Origin: an uncultured Nitrososphaera sp.
GTDB taxonomy: Archaea > Thermoproteota > Nitrososphaeria > Nitrososphaerales > Nitrososphaeraceae
Length of the DNA: 64,000 nt
Reading direction: 5' to 3'
Assembly: GCA_964556935.1 (NCBI GenBank)
Contig: CAZKXR010000001.1
Location: forward strand, 79,988-143,987
The notes beneath the pieces are model-generated. The model saw nothing but the letters and a program-made list of their open reading frames with translations. It was not told the origin of the DNA and made no database searches. The translations under genes were made by a program, and so were the position numbers. Shown here piece after piece: positions 62,937 to 64,000 of the stretch; position 1 is the stretch's first letter; every line of letters begins with the position of its first letter.

Positions 62937-64000
62937 GTGGATTTCATAGACCTTGAGAAGAAGAGAAATGAGCATTCCCTTGGTGGCGGCAAGGAAAAAC
63001 AAGAAGAGCAGAGGAGAAAGGGAAAGCTTACAGCCTTCGAGAGAATGAAATCCTTGTTTGATACCGGAACCTTTGTTGAGCTTGACCCCTTTGTGACCCA
63101 TGAATGCCACGATTTTGGGATGGAAAACAAAAAGATTCTCGGGGACGGCGTCGTCACAGGATACGGGATGATAGACGGACGTCTGGCATATTTCTTTTCA
63201 CATGATTTTACAGTTCTTGGAGGCTCGCTAGGCTGGGGGTTTGCCTCCAAAGTATGCAAGATAATGGATCTTGCCATGAAACAGGGGGTTCCCGTAATAG
63301 GAATAAACGATTCAGGAGGAGCACGCATCCAAGAAGGAGTCATGAGCCTTGCAGGCTACGCAGAGATCTTTCACAGGAATGTCAAAGCCTCAGGAGTCGT
63401 TCCCCAGATATCTTTGATAATGGGGCCATGCGCCGGAGGCGCCGTTTATTCGCCGGCCATTACTGATTTTATAATCATGACAAAATCTGCATTCATGTTT
63501 GTTACGGGCCCGGAGGTGGTCAAGGAAGTCACGAAGGAGAATGTAAGCTTCAACGAGCTGGGGGGCGCCGATATTCACAACGAGAAAAGCGGGGTTGCAC
63601 ATTTTCTGGCCGAAGATGAGCAGGAGTGCTTTGCCATCCTCCGAAAGTTAGTTTCTTTTCTCCCTTCCAACAATCTTGAGGATCCTCCTCGGGTGGCCCC
63701 AAAGGACGATCCCAGCCGGCAGGATCAGGAGCTGGATTCAATCCTTCCCTCAAGTCCAAACAAGCCATATAACATGGAGGCCGTGATAAGGAAGATTGTA
63801 GACAACGGAGATTTTCTTGAGGTTCACAAGTACTGGGCCAAGAACATCATAGTGGGATTTGCAAGACTCGACGGTAACCCTGTAGGCATCGTGGCAAACA
63901 ATCCCGAGGTTCTTGCGGGGGTTCTTGATATCGATTCCTGTGACAAGGCAACCCGGTTTACAAGGTTCTGTGATTGCTTCAACATTCCTCTGGTTGCCCT
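62937..64000 (+). CDS. pccB: Acetyl-/propionyl-CoA carboxylase carboxyltransferase (beta) subunit; 3' end lies outside the window
   Basis: Hand-translated and absent from the ORF track because there is no stop: (M)DFIDLEKKRNEHSLGGGKEKQEEQRRKGKLTAFERMKSLFDTGTFVELD...GINDSGGARIQEG...GPCAGGAVYSPA...VTGPEVVK. GTG 62937 is the first plausible start after TGA 62919-62921 (TTG 62922 is an alternative). Confidence 0.85.
   Translation, partial: MDFIDLEKKRNEHSLGGGKEKQEEQRRKGKLTAFERMKSLFDTGTFVELDPFVTHECHDFGMENKKILGDGVVTGYGMIDGRLAYFFSHDFTVLGGSLGWGFASKVCKIMDLAMKQGVPVIGINDSGGARIQEGVMSLAGYAEIFHRNVKASGVVPQISLIMGPCAGGAVYSPAITDFIIMTKSAFMFVTGPEVVKEVTKENVSFNELGGADIHNEKSGVAHFLAEDEQECFAILRKLVSFLPSNNLEDPPRVAPKDDPSRQDQELDSILPSSPNKPYNMEAVIRKIVDNGDFLEVHKYWAKNIIVGFARLDGNPVGIVANNPEVLAGVLDIDSCDKATRFTRFCDCFNIPLVA

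Noticed and set aside
1-64000. Scan for CRISPR arrays, rRNA genes, transposases, integrases and IS-type terminal inverted repeats.
   Set aside because: I saw no regularly spaced direct repeats, no rRNA-like stretches and no DDE, tyrosine or serine recombinase motifs in any listed ORF. This was visual scanning only, so short or degenerate elements could have been missed.

Overview
By gene content this is a chromosomal segment of a Nitrososphaera-like ammonia-oxidising thaumarchaeon. Supporting genes are an Amt transporter, the hydroxypropionate/hydroxybutyrate (HP/HB) cycle genes 3-hydroxybutyryl-CoA dehydrogenase and an acyl-CoA carboxylase carboxyltransferase, PurP, MptE, Csl4, Cdc48, aSUI1, Sec61beta, and a tRNA with two introns. 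The backbone is densely packed housekeeping DNA at about 55% GC in hand-counted lines. It carries guaA, valS, folP, guaB, pheA, cdc48, lysA-like, a translationally coupled hisG-D-C-(HAD)-B-H-A-F operon, hmgA, amt, purP, tatAC and msrA. Four short low-GC islets (about 35-45% in hand-counted lines) interrupt it at about 1.2-3.1 kb, 5.3-6.3 kb, 18.7-21.3 kb and 41.8-44.0 kb, and all carry orphan genes. I saw no CRISPR array, rRNA, transposase or integrase. The best candidate for an undescribed system is the two-gene cassette at 19000-21170. It encodes a CAP12/Pycsar-type TIR-like domain fused to an Ig-like domain, overlapping by 4 nt a signal-less copy of a beta-sandwich repeat protein whose secreted paralogue lies at 48182-49396. 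Other leads are a 1277-aa apparently cytoplasmic subtilase-vWA fusion, a CBS x4 protein with an HPF/RaiA-like C-terminus, and a HAD gene inside the his operon that may be the missing histidinol-phosphatase. Further leads are a CPxC polytopic membrane protein upstream of msrA and a MEDS / zinc-ribbon gene pair that shares a helical module. Three genes missing from the ORF track were found by hand: Sec61beta, a 50-aa membrane sORF, and the GTG-initiated partial pccB at the window end. All domain calls come from reading motifs by eye, with no searches run.
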